A stretch of 33,331 nt of DNA from an uncultured bacterium (GTDB lineage Bacteria > B130-G9). Position 1 is the first letter of the stretch; each line of letters opens with the position of its first letter. The position numbers were made by a program, and so were the translations under genes. This document shows, piece after piece, positions 9,208 to 17,881 of the stretch. The stretch is from NCBI GenBank assembly GCA_965372715.1, contig CBDVDH010000005.1:62001-95331 (forward strand), in the 5' to 3' direction. Under the pieces are notes generated by a model. It made no database searches. It was given only the letters and a program-made list of their open reading frames with translations, and was not told the origin of the DNA.

Positions 9208-9554
9208 GACTCTCACAAATAGCAGAAGAGCTTGGGCTTGAGGTTTGCACACGGGATTGCGACCTCGACTGCGAGGTGAAAGGATGCTACGTCAGCGATA
9301 TCCTCAGCGACGTCTTGGCCAACTCGGACGAGGGCTATCTGTGGGTGACGATCCACATTCACCCCAATATAACGGCCGTTGCCCAATTCAAAGCACTTGC
9401 TGGGGTTATCGTGGTCAACGGTCGGACCCCGCAACCGGACACGCTAAAGAAGGCCGATGAGCACAGAATACCAATACTCACCACGAAGCTCCCCTCATTC
9501 GAGGTTGCTGGCAGGCTTTATGCGTTGGGGTTGCGGTGTTCGACGGAATGCTGA
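9204..9554 (+). CDS. DRTGG domain protein (copy 2)
   Basis: GCYVSDILSDVLANS, LWVTIHIHPNITAVA; ATGA overlap with the previous gene. Confidence 0.88.
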   Translation: MRLSQIAEELGLEVCTRDCDLDCEVKGCYVSDILSDVLANSDEGYLWVTIHIHPNITAVAQFKALAGVIVVNGRTPQPDTLKKADEHRIPILTTKLPSFEVAGRLYALGLRCSTEC

Positions 9555-10303
9555 GGCTCTTGGCTGACCTTCACGTGCATACCTGCCTCTCCCCTTGCGC
9601 CGACGATTCGATGACGCCGAAGATGATCGTTGAGACCGCGCTCAGCCGGGGGCTTGGCCTGATCGCAGTCTGCGACCACAATTCCGCGGAGAACGTTGAG
9701 GCCACGGTTGCTGCCGCCGAATCCTTGCCGCTGTCAGTGCTGCCAGGCATAGAGATAACTACCGCGGAGGAGGTTCACGTTTTGGGGATTTTCGAGACTT
9801 GTCAGGCCGCGCTTGCCATTCAAGAGATCGTGTATCAGCACCTGACGCCCGGCCAGAACGACGAACGGTTGTTTGGTTACCAGTTTGTCGTTGACCAATA
9901 CGATTACGTGGTCTCTGAGAACAAGAGGCTCCTAATCGGGGCTACAGACCTGTCGATCGACCACGTCGCCGGGGCCATTCGTGACCTGGAAGGCCTGGTC
10001 GTTGCGGCGCACATAGAACGGGACCGGTTTGGCCTCCTGTATCAGCTTGGTTTCGTGCCCGATTCGCTTCAGCTGGACGCCGTCGAATTGACGAGCGAGA
10101 CGACCTTGAGAGAGGTCGGGGAGAAGTTCGGCTGTTCTCTTGGCCTTCCTGTGGTTCATGATTCGGACGCCCATTTCAGGGAAGATATTGGCAAGCTCGC
10201 TACTGAGTTCAGGGTCCAAGCTCCGACCCTTTCGGAGATCAAGATGGCCCTCCAGCGTGTCGGAGGGAGAGAGGTCATCAACCGCTCTGCCGCAAATGCT
10301 TGA
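9548..10303 (+). CDS. PHP-family phosphoesterase
   Basis: Motifs DLHVHTCLSPC, DHNS, GIEITTAEEVH, AAHI and SDAH. ATG 9548. Confidence 0.9.
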   Translation: MLRLLADLHVHTCLSPCADDSMTPKMIVETALSRGLGLIAVCDHNSAENVEATVAAAESLPLSVLPGIEITTAEEVHVLGIFETCQAALAIQEIVYQHLTPGQNDERLFGYQFVVDQYDYVVSENKRLLIGATDLSIDHVAGAIRDLEGLVVAAHIERDRFGLLYQLGFVPDSLQLDAVELTSETTLREVGEKFGCSLGLPVVHDSDAHFREDIGKLATEFRVQAPTLSEIKMALQRVGGREVINRSAANA

Positions 10304-10844
10304 ACTCTCGATTCACGTCCTCGACATCGTCCAGAACTCGGTCGCAGCTGGGGCGACGTTCATTGAGATAGTGGTTACCGAGAACTCTGAAAAGGACCTG
10401 ATGACGATAAAGATAAGGGACAACGGCAAGGCAATGGACAGCGAGCTGCTTCGCAAGGCCGCTGACCCGTTCACGACGACGAAGCCGAACAAGAAGGTCG
10501 GCCTGGGGCTATCGCTCCTCGCTCAGGCGGCTCAAGATGCGGGCGGCGCGTTCGAGATCGATTCTGTTCCCGGCAAGGGCACGTCTGTTGCCGCGAGCTT
10601 CACGCTTAGTAGCGTTGACAGAATGCCGCTCGGAGATATGAGATCGACGCTGTTTTCGCTTGTTTTTGGCTCACCTGAGATAGACTTCGCATACAAGCGC
10701 AGGAGAGATGACCAGACATATACCTTCGATACCAGGGAGGTCAGGAGGCTGACCGGGGGACACTTGACCAGCGACGCGGCGACCGTGCGATTGGTTCGGG
10801 AAATGCTTGAGGGAGTAACGGACACGCTTACACGGAGTGAGTGA
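10296..10844 (+). CDS. HATPase_c (histidine-kinase-like ATPase) of hydrogenase operons
   Basis: Motifs MLELSIHVLDIVQNS, DNGKAM, DPFTTTK..KKVGLGLSLL and DRMPLGD. ATG 10296. Confidence 0.88.
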   Translation: MLELSIHVLDIVQNSVAAGATFIEIVVTENSEKDLMTIKIRDNGKAMDSELLRKAADPFTTTKPNKKVGLGLSLLAQAAQDAGGAFEIDSVPGKGTSVAASFTLSSVDRMPLGDMRSTLFSLVFGSPEIDFAYKRRRDDQTYTFDTREVRRLTGGHLTSDAATVRLVREMLEGVTDTLTRSE

Positions 10845-10853
10845 TGTTAAACA

Positions 10854-10919
10854 ATGAGGGGGACAATACCGACATTGACGATCGGTGGGTTTGAGGTATA
10901 TGTGGGACTTGGAGTATGA
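10854..10919 (+). pseudogene. Remnant of a [2Fe-2S] (HydA/NuoG-type) protein N-terminus
   Basis: IPTLTIGGFEVYVGLGV* resembles MPKLTIDGLEVEVEEGT at 22333 in both protein and DNA. ATA (10866) follows a gagggg SD-like run. Confidence 0.45.
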
Positions 10920-10937
10920 ATTAAAGGAAGCAGGGAT

Positions 10938-11366
10938 TTGCGCGCTGGATGCGAAGTGAGGCGAGGTAGGCTGATCCCTGCCCTTGCCGCCGCTCAGGAA
11001 GAGTACGGGTATCTGCCCGAGGGCGCCATTGCCGAGATTGCAAGGGCTATGGACCTGTCGGAGAGCGAAGTATATGGCGTTGCGACGTTCTACGCCCAGT
11101 TTCGGTTCACGCCGCCTGGGGAGCACACGTTGAAGGTGTGCCTGGGGACTGCCTGCCACGTCCGTGGCGGCGAGGGAATACTAGAGGCCCTGAAGAAAAG
11201 GTATAGAGTGAGCCCGGGCGAGACGACGAGTGGCGGCAAGCTGGCGCTGGAACGCGTCGCGTGCCTCGGCTGCTGCGCACTTGCGCCGGTGGTCGTTCTG
11301 GACGACAGGATATACGGGAAGATGACGCCAGAGCGTGTTCAAGACATCGTTGACGAGCTGGAATAG
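10938..11366 (+). CDS. NuoE/HydC-like [2Fe-2S] subunit (copy 2)
   Basis: Motifs QEEYGYLP, VYGVATFYAQFRF, CLGTACHVRG and CLGCCALAP. The TTG start is uncertain. Confidence 0.9.
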   Translation: MRAGCEVRRGRLIPALAAAQEEYGYLPEGAIAEIARAMDLSESEVYGVATFYAQFRFTPPGEHTLKVCLGTACHVRGGEGILEALKKRYRVSPGETTSGGKLALERVACLGCCALAPVVVLDDRIYGKMTPERVQDIVDELE

Positions 11367-11383
11367 CTCGAAGGGGACAACCG

Positions 11384-13117
11384 ATGAGTCTCGAGCCGAG
11401 ACGCAAAGAAGCCTCACGAAGTTGGGCGTCGATTCAGCGCAATGACAGACCTATCATATTCGTCGGCGCTGCTAGCTGCGGTCGCGCAGCAGGGGCCTTG
11501 GGAGTTATCTCAACTTTTGAGGAGCATCTGGCAAAGGAGGGCATCGACGCAACCATCATCGAGGTGGGTTGTGTGGGGATGTGCTATCTTGAGCCCATAG
11601 TCGATGTCAAGAGCCCCGGCGAGGCGCGAGTATCATATCCCAACGTAACGCCCGACGTAGTCCCGCGCCTGGTAACCGACCACGTTCTGGGTGGCGCCAT
11701 CTGTGAGGATTTGGCCGTGGGCACGGTGGGTGAGCCCAGAGCTGATGCCCTGCCCGATCTGTTCGAGCATCCGATGCTTAAGCCACAGGTTCGACGCGTT
11801 CTGAGGAACTGCGGACTTATCGACCCGGCCAGTATCGATCATTATATCGCAAACGGCGGCTATTTGGGGATCGAGAGGGCTCTTGAAATCGGTCCCGAGG
11901 GCACGATTGACGAGGTGCGGCGTTCGGGTCTTCGTGGCAGGGGCGGCGCCGGGTTCCCGACGTTCAAGAAGTGGCAGTTGTGCCGTGAGAGTTCCGAGGA
12001 GCCCAAGTACTTGATATGCAACGCAGACGAGGGCGACCCGGGAGCTTTTATGAATAGGTCGCTCATTGAGGGGGACCCTCATTGTGTCCTTGAGGGGATG
12101 CTCATAGCCGGCTTGGCAATCGGCGCCTCAGAGGGAATCATATACGTGAGGGCGGAATACCCACTGGCCATCGAGCGGCTGAAGCACGCGATAGAGCAGA
12201 TGCGAGAGCATGGTCTCTTGGGGCGAGGTGTAATGGGCACGGACTTCTCGTTCGAGATAACGCTGAAAGAGGGGGCAGGTGCATTCGTCTGTGGCGAGGA
12301 GACCGCGCTGATCGCTGCCCTTGAGGGCCGGCGGGGTATGCCCAGGCCGAGGCCCCCGTTCCCCGCCGTATCGGGCCTATGGGCCAAGCCAACTATCATC
12401 AATAATGTTGAGACGTTGGGGAACCTGCCGCAGCTTCTGGTCAACGGCGCGGATTGGTTTGCGGAGGTCGGGACCGAGGAGAGCAAGGGGACCAAGACGT
12501 TTGCGCTTGCAGGCAAGATCGATCGAACTGGTCTGATTGAGGTCGCGCTGGGCACGAGCATCAAGGACATAATTTTCTCCATCGGAGGCGGTGTGCCAAA
12601 CGACAAGGAGTTCAAGGCGGTTCAGACGGGCGGCCCCTCGGGGGGATGTATTCCCGCTAGTATGCTGGACCTCCCCGTCGATTACGAGGCCCTGGCGGAG
12701 GCTGGGTCAATCATGGGTTCAGGCGGATTGATCGTTATGGACGAGGACACTTGCGTAGTCGATATCGCCCACTATTTCATATCATTCACACAGCAGGAAT
12801 CGTGTGGCAAGTGTCCGCCGTGCCGGATTGGAACTCGCAGGATGTTGAGTCTTCTGAAGAAAATCAAGTCGGGTAAAGGGACAATGGGGGACCTCGCGCT
12901 TCTTGAAGAGCTGGCGTGGACCGTCAAGAATGCCTCCCTTTGCGGGTTGGGCCAAACTGCCCCCAATCCTGTTCTCACGACGCTTCGCTATTTCCGCGAC
13001 GAATATCTCGAACACATCAGACACAAGAGATGTCCCGCCGGGGTGTGTCGCAAACCGAGGCGCAAGGGCGCTGAAGCGAACGCACTTCCTCGCAGAAAAG
13101 CGGCCGTGGAGAGCTAG
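11384..13117 (+). CDS. NuoF/HydB-like FMN/NADH-binding subunit lacking the C-terminal 2x[4Fe-4S] domain
   Basis: Motifs GLRGRGGAGFPT, NADEGDPGAFMNR, GAFVCGEETAL, GGPSGG and ESCGKCPPCRIG. Ends shortly after HIRHKRCPAGVC. Confidence 0.93.
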   Translation: MSLEPRRKEASRSWASIQRNDRPIIFVGAASCGRAAGALGVISTFEEHLAKEGIDATIIEVGCVGMCYLEPIVDVKSPGEARVSYPNVTPDVVPRLVTDHVLGGAICEDLAVGTVGEPRADALPDLFEHPMLKPQVRRVLRNCGLIDPASIDHYIANGGYLGIERALEIGPEGTIDEVRRSGLRGRGGAGFPTFKKWQLCRESSEEPKYLICNADEGDPGAFMNRSLIEGDPHCVLEGMLIAGLAIGASEGIIYVRAEYPLAIERLKHAIEQMREHGLLGRGVMGTDFSFEITLKEGAGAFVCGEETALIAALEGRRGMPRPRPPFPAVSGLWAKPTIINNVETLGNLPQLLVNGADWFAEVGTEESKGTKTFALAGKIDRTGLIEVALGTSIKDIIFSIGGGVPNDKEFKAVQTGGPSGGCIPASMLDLPVDYEALAEAGSIMGSGGLIVMDEDTCVVDIAHYFISFTQQESCGKCPPCRIGTRRMLSLLKKIKSGKGTMGDLALLEELAWTVKNASLCGLGQTAPNPVLTTLRYFRDEYLEHIRHKRCPAGVCRKPRRKGAEANALPRRKAAVES

Positions 13118-13120
13118 GCG

Positions 13121-15646
13121 ATGTCAAACCACAATGCGCCCGCCTCGAGGGGCCGCGCAGCGCTTTCCATCGACGGCAAACAGGTCAGGTTCGAGCCGGG
13201 CATGACTGTTCTGCAAGCTGCGGAAGCCGCCGGCGTTTATATCCCAACGCTCTGCACGCATCCGGCGCTTCCCGCCTTCGGGGCTTGCAGGCTTTGCGTC
13301 GTTGCGATTGAGGGTATGCGCGGATTTCCCGCGTCGTGCAGCACCGCCGCGCGTGACGGAATGGTCGTCAAGACCGATACTGAGGAGATTGTGAGGCTTC
13401 GGCGCGCCGTTTTGGAGCTCATCCTCTCGGAGCATCCCACCGGTTGCCTCTTCTGCGACCGGAAGCAGGAATGTGAGGACTTCAGGGGCCCCGGACACCT
13501 CACGAAGGCCGGAAGGGTCACCGGATGTATGCTGTGCCCAAATAAGGAAGAATGCGAGCTGCGCGAGCTCGTTGAGAAGATCGGCTTAGATTCCGTCAGG
13601 TTTGAACCGTTATATCGTGACTTGCCGCTAGAGAGGCTCGACCCGTTCTTCGACCGAGACTACAATCTCTGCGTTCTATGCGGGCGATGCGTCCGCGTTT
13701 GCCAGGAGATAAGAGGGGTGTCCACGCTAGACTTTGTAAACCGTGGGCCCGAAACGAGAGTTGGTACCGCGTTCGGCAGGCTGCATTTGGACATGGGATG
13801 TCAGTTCTGCGGCGCGTGCGTTGACGTCTGCCCCACCGGGGCCCTTGCCGACCGCACAAGCAAATGGGAGCCCCCGGCAGAGAAGACGGTGGAGACCACC
13901 TGCATTCTGTGCACGGTCGGGTGCAGCATCGAGGTGTCCGCGTCCCGAGACCGCGTGCGGAGCTCAACGCCAGCGCACATTGGCGGCGTCAACGGCGGCC
14001 AGGTCTGCGTTTTGGGCAGATTCGGCGTCGCTGAGCTGGTCAACTCCCGGGACCGGGTTACGACGCCTCTGGTCAGGAAGCTCGGTCATCTTCTCAGGGG
14101 GTCTTGGGATGAGGCCTTGACCCTGGCCGCGGACGGTCTCTTGAGATTCAATTCCTCCGAGACCGCGCTTCTGTATCCCGGGCTATTGACGGATGAGGAG
14201 GCAAGCGCCTCCAGAGGTTTTGCGAGGCTGGTGCTCAAGACCGACAACTATCCGCACCGCTCTCGGCCGGAGAAGTGGGGTTCATTCAACGCGGGTCTCG
14301 AAGGCCTCTCAGAACGTGATTGCGTGCTGCTAATCGGTGCAGACGTAACCCAAACTCACCCGATTCTGGGTCATAACGTCAAGCAGGCTGTGGACAGAGG
14401 CGCGAAGCTTGTGATTGTGGATACGATTCCGACGTTCCTCGATAAGTTCGCATCGGCAAGAGTGACAGCGATACCTGGCGATTTTTCGTGGGCTGTTGCT
14501 GGTCTGATATGGGCTCTTGTGGAAAGGGACGCGAGCACGGAACGTTCAGGTCACAGAAGGTTCAAAGATCTGCCCGGATGGGCCTTCAAACTCCTGTTTG
14601 AGGAGATAGTCTCGCACACCAAGGGCGACAAGGAGACGCTGAAGCAAGCTGCTGATCTGCTACACGCGGCGTCTTCGATTCTGGTACTCGTTGGCCGAGA
14701 GGTCGGTGCTGAGAATACCCACAAGCATTTCAACGGGCTTCTTTCTGACCTTTCTGTCTTGCTCAGTTCAAGGACACAACGTTGCGAGGTCTGCTTTGCA
14801 GGGACGACTAAAGATTTCGACGCTCACTGGCTCAAGGTTATGCAGAGCATTGAGGCAAAGCGCGTCAAGGCGCTCGTGATGGTGGGTGATCTTGTGCCCA
14901 AGCTTAGCCCTGAGTGGCCCAATCCGCTTCAAGACCTCGATTTCCTTGTAGTAATCGACAGCCACAACGGCTCATATACGCCCTATGCGGACGTAGTTCT
15001 GCCCTCGGCAACGTTTGTCGAGAAGGAAGGGACGTTTACTGCGGTGGATGGCGCCTCGCACGAGCTCAGGCGCGCCGTCAGTCCCAAGGGGCAGTCGAGG
15101 CCCGAGTGTGAGATTCTCTCTCTTCTAGCAAAGGCAATGGGCACAGAGAACTTCGGACTCGAGGATCTTAAGTCAGTCGGAAGCGAACGGAGCACAAATG
15201 GTCTGGACGCTGTTGAGAGGGATTCAAGCCTATCCGAACAGCCGTTGGCGCCCGAACTGTCACGAGAAGAAGTCAAGTGTTCAGCCGAGTGGCCCCTGTT
15301 GCTCATCAATCGCCACAATTCCTATCTTCTCCACGGGCACCGGCTCAGCAGGCTTGTCGAGGGGATTCGTTCGTTGTGCATGAGTGATTTGGTGAGGCTG
15401 TCGCCTAGAACAGCCGATATCCTGGGTGTGGAGGATGGCGAGGAGGTCGATTTGGTCTCTGAGAAGGGGCGGGCCAGGCTCCTGGTTGGGGTGGATGACC
15501 AGATTCCGGAGGGGATTCTGGTTTCGAGGTTGACGGCCAAGGACCCAAGACTTCTAGCTCTCTTGGGCAAGGAGCAGGCTAGCTTCTTGACCAACAACGC
15601 GGCAGTGAGAATTGAAAAGATCGAAGGGAACGACGGTGTATTATAG
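13121..15646 (+). CDS. NuoG/FdhA-like multi Fe-S protein with a degenerate molybdopterin-oxidoreductase fold
   Basis: [2Fe-2S] motif (IPTLC...GACRLC...ASC), HxxxCxxCx5C, CVLCGRCVRVC, CQFCGACVDVCP, CILCTVGC...C and ADVVLPSATFVEKEGTFT. No H-cluster motifs. Confidence 0.88.
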   Translation: MSNHNAPASRGRAALSIDGKQVRFEPGMTVLQAAEAAGVYIPTLCTHPALPAFGACRLCVVAIEGMRGFPASCSTAARDGMVVKTDTEEIVRLRRAVLELILSEHPTGCLFCDRKQECEDFRGPGHLTKAGRVTGCMLCPNKEECELRELVEKIGLDSVRFEPLYRDLPLERLDPFFDRDYNLCVLCGRCVRVCQEIRGVSTLDFVNRGPETRVGTAFGRLHLDMGCQFCGACVDVCPTGALADRTSKWEPPAEKTVETTCILCTVGCSIEVSASRDRVRSSTPAHIGGVNGGQVCVLGRFGVAELVNSRDRVTTPLVRKLGHLLRGSWDEALTLAADGLLRFNSSETALLYPGLLTDEEASASRGFARLVLKTDNYPHRSRPEKWGSFNAGLEGLSERDCVLLIGADVTQTHPILGHNVKQAVDRGAKLVIVDTIPTFLDKFASARVTAIPGDFSWAVAGLIWALVERDASTERSGHRRFKDLPGWAFKLLFEEIVSHTKGDKETLKQAADLLHAASSILVLVGREVGAENTHKHFNGLLSDLSVLLSSRTQRCEVCFAGTTKDFDAHWLKVMQSIEAKRVKALVMVGDLVPKLSPEWPNPLQDLDFLVVIDSHNGSYTPYADVVLPSATFVEKEGTFTAVDGASHELRRAVSPKGQSRPECEILSLLAKAMGTENFGLEDLKSVGSERSTNGLDAVERDSSLSEQPLAPELSREEVKCSAEWPLLLINRHNSYLLHGHRLSRLVEGIRSLCMSDLVRLSPRTADILGVEDGEEVDLVSEKGRARLLVGVDDQIPEGILVSRLTAKDPRLLALLGKEQASFLTNNAAVRIEKIEGNDGVL

Positions 15647-16472
15647 CATTGTCGAGAAGACCGAGACGGCGCCAAACACCAGCCTCATCAAGGTCGAGGC
15701 GCCGGCCGTTGCGAACAAGGCGCAGCCGGGACAATTCATAGTCGTAATGGTTGACGAGCGCTCTGAACGGATACCATACACGCTCTCTGATTGGAGCATA
15801 GAGGACGGCACGATAACGTTTGTTGTGAACGAGGTCGGCAGGTCCACCGGCAAGCTCGTTAGCCGCGAGGAGGGCGACAGCCTCTACTCAGTTGTGGGCC
15901 CATTGGGCATCCCCCCAAAGATCGACAAGGTCGGGACCGTTGTCTGCGCGGGTGGTTGCTTCGGCATTGCCGCAATACTGCCTTTGGCAAGAGCCTTCAA
16001 GAAAGCGGGTAACCGCGTCATCTCTATCATTGAGGCAAGGGCCTGTTACCTTCTGTATTTGGAGAGGGAGCTGAGGAAAGCGTCGGACGAACTGGTGATT
16101 GCGACCGGGGACGGCTCACGCGGTATGAGAGGCTTCGCGCCCGACGTTATCAAGATGCTGATAGAAAGAGGTGAGCGGCTTGATCAGGTGATAGCGCTCG
16201 GATGCACGTTCATGCTGAAGCTCGTCTGCGATGCGACACGCGCAGCCGGGATCAAGACGCTCGTCGATCTATGTCCAATAATCGTTGATGCGACGGGGAT
16301 GTGCGGCTGCTGCCGCGTCGAGGTGGGCGGCGAGACGAAGTTCGCCTGTGTTGACGGCCCGTTTTTCGATGGTCACAAGGTTGACTGGGATGTTCTCGGA
16401 TTTCGCAAGGCCGCTTACGTGAGGCAGGAGACGGACTCAGTTCAGTTCTCAAAGGTTGGAGTGAAGCGATGA
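15636..16472 (+). CDS. nfnA: NfnA/SudB-like FAD/[2Fe-2S] subunit
   Basis: Motifs AQPGQFIVV, ERIPYT, VVGPLG, DATGMCGCCRV and FACVDGP. GTG 15636 overlaps the previous stop. Confidence 0.85.
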   Translation: MYYSIVEKTETAPNTSLIKVEAPAVANKAQPGQFIVVMVDERSERIPYTLSDWSIEDGTITFVVNEVGRSTGKLVSREEGDSLYSVVGPLGIPPKIDKVGTVVCAGGCFGIAAILPLARAFKKAGNRVISIIEARACYLLYLERELRKASDELVIATGDGSRGMRGFAPDVIKMLIERGERLDQVIALGCTFMLKLVCDATRAAGIKTLVDLCPIIVDATGMCGCCRVEVGGETKFACVDGPFFDGHKVDWDVLGFRKAAYVRQETDSVQFSKVGVKR

Positions 16473-17881
16473 GCGACGTGATTCCCACGCCCCCCAAACC
16501 TGTCTATAAGAGAGTGCAGATTCCGGAGCAACTCCCCGAGGTCCGCATCCATAACTTCAACGAAGTGTCGCTCGGTTACTCGCAGGAACAGGCGGTGAGA
16601 GAGGCCAGACGCTGCCTACAGTGCAAAAAAGCGACTTGTGTTTCGGGATGTCCAGTCGGTATTGACATCCCAGGTTTCGTGGGCGCGATCGCGGACGGAA
16701 ATCTCAGGCGTGCGATAACGATAGTCAAGCGAAACAATCTTCTGCCAGCCATCTGCGGCAGAGTGTGTCCCCAATCGAGGCAATGCCAGGCCCAATGTGT
16801 GCTGGGCGGAAAGGGCGCCCCGGTTGGCATCGGCAACCTGGAGCACTTCATCGCCGATTGGGAAAGGATAGAGGGCGGCATCAAACTGCCCGCAATCGCG
16901 CCCGCAACTGGCAAGAAAGTCGCCGTTGTCGGAAGCGGTCCCGGGGGGCTGACCGTTGCGGCGGACTGCGCGCAACTCGGTCACAGAGTGACGGTGTTTG
17001 AGGCGCTGCACAAGCTCGGGGGCGTGCTGGTCTATGGGATACCCGAGTTCAGGCTGCCCAAGGCCGTTCTGGACGCCGAAGTCGATGTTCTTGCCTCAAT
17101 GGGCGTCGAGTTTAGGACGGATGCCTTGATCGGCGCAATCCTTTCTGTCAAGGAACTGCAAGAGCAATATGACGCCGTCTATTTGGGCCTCGGCGCGGGC
17201 TTACCCTATTTTCTGGGCATTCCCGGGGAGAACCTGGCCGGTGTCTATTCCGCAAATGAATACCTGACCCGGAGCAACCTCATGAAGGCATACCTCTTCC
17301 CGGAATACGACACGCCGATAAGAAGAGGCACCAATGTTGCAGTGGTGGGGGGCGGCAACGTCGCGATGGATTCCGCAAGAATCGCCGTGCGCCTCGGCGC
17401 CGAGCACGTGTTTCTCATCTATAGAAGGAGCAGGGAGGAGATGCCGGCGAGGAGGGAGGAGATTGAGCACGCTATTCAAGAGGGCGTCGATTGCCAGCTT
17501 CTTAGGAATCCGACACGGATCATCGGCGACGGACACGGCAACGTTGCGGCGCTTTCGATCGTCAAGATGGAACTTGGCGAGCCAGACGCCTCCGGCAGGC
17601 GGAAACCCATCCCCATCGAGGGGAGCGAATACCAGATCGAGGTGGACGTCGTCGTTCCAGCGATAGGCAATGGCGCCAATCCGCTCCTGACCAAGTCAAC
17701 GCCCGGCCTTGAGCTGAACAAATGGGGCTATATAGTTGCCGACCCGAATACAGGCGCGACTAGCATGAAGGGCGTCTTCGCCGGCGGCGACATCGTGCGA
17801 GGCGCAGCCACCGTCATCCTCGCCATGGGCGACGGCCGGGTCGCCTCCCGCGCCATCCATGAGTATCTAGGCAGTCGATAG
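16469..17881 (+). CDS. nfnB: NfnB/SudA (GltD-like) FAD/2x[4Fe-4S] NADPH-binding subunit
   Basis: Motifs RCLQC...CVSGCPV, CGRVCPQ, GSGPGG, YGIPEFRLPK, GGGNVAMD, YRRS and GGDIVRGAATVILAMGDG. Confidence 0.9.
   Translation: MSDVIPTPPKPVYKRVQIPEQLPEVRIHNFNEVSLGYSQEQAVREARRCLQCKKATCVSGCPVGIDIPGFVGAIADGNLRRAITIVKRNNLLPAICGRVCPQSRQCQAQCVLGGKGAPVGIGNLEHFIADWERIEGGIKLPAIAPATGKKVAVVGSGPGGLTVAADCAQLGHRVTVFEALHKLGGVLVYGIPEFRLPKAVLDAEVDVLASMGVEFRTDALIGAILSVKELQEQYDAVYLGLGAGLPYFLGIPGENLAGVYSANEYLTRSNLMKAYLFPEYDTPIRRGTNVAVVGGGNVAMDSARIAVRLGAEHVFLIYRRSREEMPARREEIEHAIQEGVDCQLLRNPTRIIGDGHGNVAALSIVKMELGEPDASGRRKPIPIEGSEYQIEVDVVVPAIGNGANPLLTKSTPGLELNKWGYIVADPNTGATSMKGVFAGGDIVRGAATVILAMGDGRVASRAIHEYLGSR

Noticed and set aside
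10917-10919. In-frame TGA upstream of NuoE copy 2 read as selenocysteine
   Set aside because: It does not align to a conserved Cys position and I see no convincing SECIS hairpin downstream. A decayed gene start explains it better.
13121-15646. Calling this gene a formate dehydrogenase or HydA
   Set aside because: It has no Cys/Sec-His metal-ligand motif and no H-cluster motifs.
16469-17881. Calling this gene gltD, the small subunit for the GltS-like protein
   Set aside because: It is coupled to nfnA and has NfnB/SudA signatures. A functional link to the GltS-like protein is possible but not supported directly.
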